DNA of 64,000 nt from a bacterium (lineage in GTDB: Bacteria; Patescibacteriota; Minisyncoccia; UBA6257; 02-FULL-45-10c): NCBI GenBank assembly GCA_021786945.1, contig JAJYMK010000003.1, positions 329,366 to 393,365 on the forward strand, read 5' to 3'. The position numbers and the translations under genes are program-made. Positions 63,269 to 64,000 of the stretch are shown here, one piece after another; position 1 is the first letter of the stretch, and the number at the start of each line of letters is the position of its first letter. Under the pieces are notes generated by a model, which did not search any database, was not told the DNA's origin, and was given only the letters and a program-made list of their open reading frames with translations.

Positions 63269-64000
63269 ATGCCAATATTACCGACAGCAACAAAGAAATC
63301 TTTTTGGGCGCTACCAATTCATGAATGCCTAAATATTCTGGAAACCAGCCGTGAAGGCCTTTCCGAAGAAGAAGCGAAAAAAAGAACGCTTGTTTTTGGT
63401 AAAAATTCTATTCCTGAAAAATCAAAAACAACAAAGACAAAAATATTAATAAATCAATTAAAAAGTCCATTAATATTTATTCTATTTATTGCCGGAATAA
63501 TTACACTAGCCCTGCAAAAATACAATGATGCTGCTTTTATTTTTGGAGCCGCTTTCATAAATTGCTTTTTGAGTTTTTATCAGGAAAATAAAGCGGAGGC
63601 GGCACTCAGTCATCTTAAAACTTATATAGAAAAAAGGGCGAGGGTTTTACGCGAAGATCATGAATACGAAATTGACGCGGAGGAATTAGTGCCGGGTGAT
63701 ATGATACACATTTCCCAAGGCGAGAGAATCCCCTGCGATGCACGACTTATATATACTAATAATTTTTCGGTTGATGAATCTACTCTTACCGGAGAATCGC
63801 TTCCGGTACAAAAAATAACTGATCCGGTAAATTTTCAGGCCGTGCTCGGCGATCAAAAATGCATGATCTTTGCCGGAACACTTGCTGTTCAGGGATTTGG
63901 GAATGCAATTGTAACCACAACAGGAAAAGAAACCGAGATAGGAAAAATAGCATTACTGGTAGGTTCACAAGAAAGTATAACTCCGCTACAAAAAACCATA
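63269..64000 (+). CDS. P-type cation-transporting ATPase (P2-like; 3' truncated at window edge)
   Basis: An open frame from ATG 63269 to the window end. Cation-ATPase N-terminal domain, TM1-2, and the actuator TGES motif (LTGESLPV). Confidence 0.8.
   Translation, partial: MPILPTATKKSFWALPIHECLNILETSREGLSEEEAKKRTLVFGKNSIPEKSKTTKTKILINQLKSPLIFILFIAGIITLALQKYNDAAFIFGAAFINCFLSFYQENKAEAALSHLKTYIEKRARVLREDHEYEIDAEELVPGDMIHISQGERIPCDARLIYTNNFSVDESTLTGESLPVQKITDPVNFQAVLGDQKCMIFAGTLAVQGFGNAIVTTTGKETEIGKIALLVGSQESITPLQKTI

Noticed and set aside
63269-64000. P-type ATPase as the CsoR-regulated copper exporter
   Set aside because: The N-terminus is of the P2-type cation-ATPase-N class, without an HMA (GMTCxxC) domain, and the gene is divergently oriented with a terminator between it and the csoR operon.

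Overview
This 64 kb window is low-GC (roughly 33-38% by eye), gene-dense and tRNA-rich (15 tRNAs). It looks like a small-genome bacterium of the CPR/Patescibacteria type. Supporting this: a short EF-Ts, short PheT/MurF, many type IV pilin genes and membrane-bound spermidine-synthase-like proteins.

Housekeeping content, left to right:
- A 5'-truncated TesA-like SGNH hydrolase, tRNA-Lys, a CorA-family transporter, cysS, dnaB, recR, rplU and tgt.
- A minus-strand dcw cluster: mraZ-rsmH-ftsL-ftsI-murF, followed by tRNA-Glu.
- rplJ-rplL, pcm, an FMN reductase, rpmG (missed by the ORF track), tRNA-Thr/Thr/Tyr, tsf, rpsB, trmD, rpsP, pheST, gatCA, an M16 peptidase, ligA, lnt-like and speH.
- Two membrane SpeE-like paralogs flanking pilin genes.
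- A complete minus-strand type IV pilus operon (pilM-N-O-B-T-C-A-D plus large Cys-rich pilin/adhesin genes), comFC, a SWIB protein, a hemerythrin, a CsoR-like operon, and the 5' part of a P-type ATPase.

Most unusual is a compositionally foreign stretch at about 14.3-20.2 kb, sitting between rplJ and tRNA-Trp:
- Two tandem, divergent Clp/Hsp100-D2-like AAA+ ATPase paralogs. One has intact Walker A/B motifs; the other has both degenerated. Both carry a roughly 90-aa insert between Walker A and B. GC is about 45%.
- A roughly 50%-GC gene for a 721-aa protein, with a degenerate N-terminal domain and an intact C-terminal calcineurin-like metallophosphoesterase (GDxxDG, GNHD, GHFH).
- I could not assign these to a described system. 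Together they are my best candidate for a previously undescribed module, possibly defence- or stress-related.

Other notable items:
- A pilin fused to a Fibrobacter-type (FISUMP) domain, flanked by duplicated terminator-derived direct repeats next to tRNA-Val.
- Three tandem copies of the tRNA-Asp 3' end, which look like att-site scars.
- A GC-rich OMP beta-barrel gene.
- A cluster of DnaA-box/MraZ-box-like repeats upstream of mraZ.
- Two small structured, repeat-bounded non-coding elements near 58.7-59.1 kb.
- Two unannotated small ORFs: L33 and a zinc-ribbon protein.

All calls rest on reading motifs by eye. No database searches were run.
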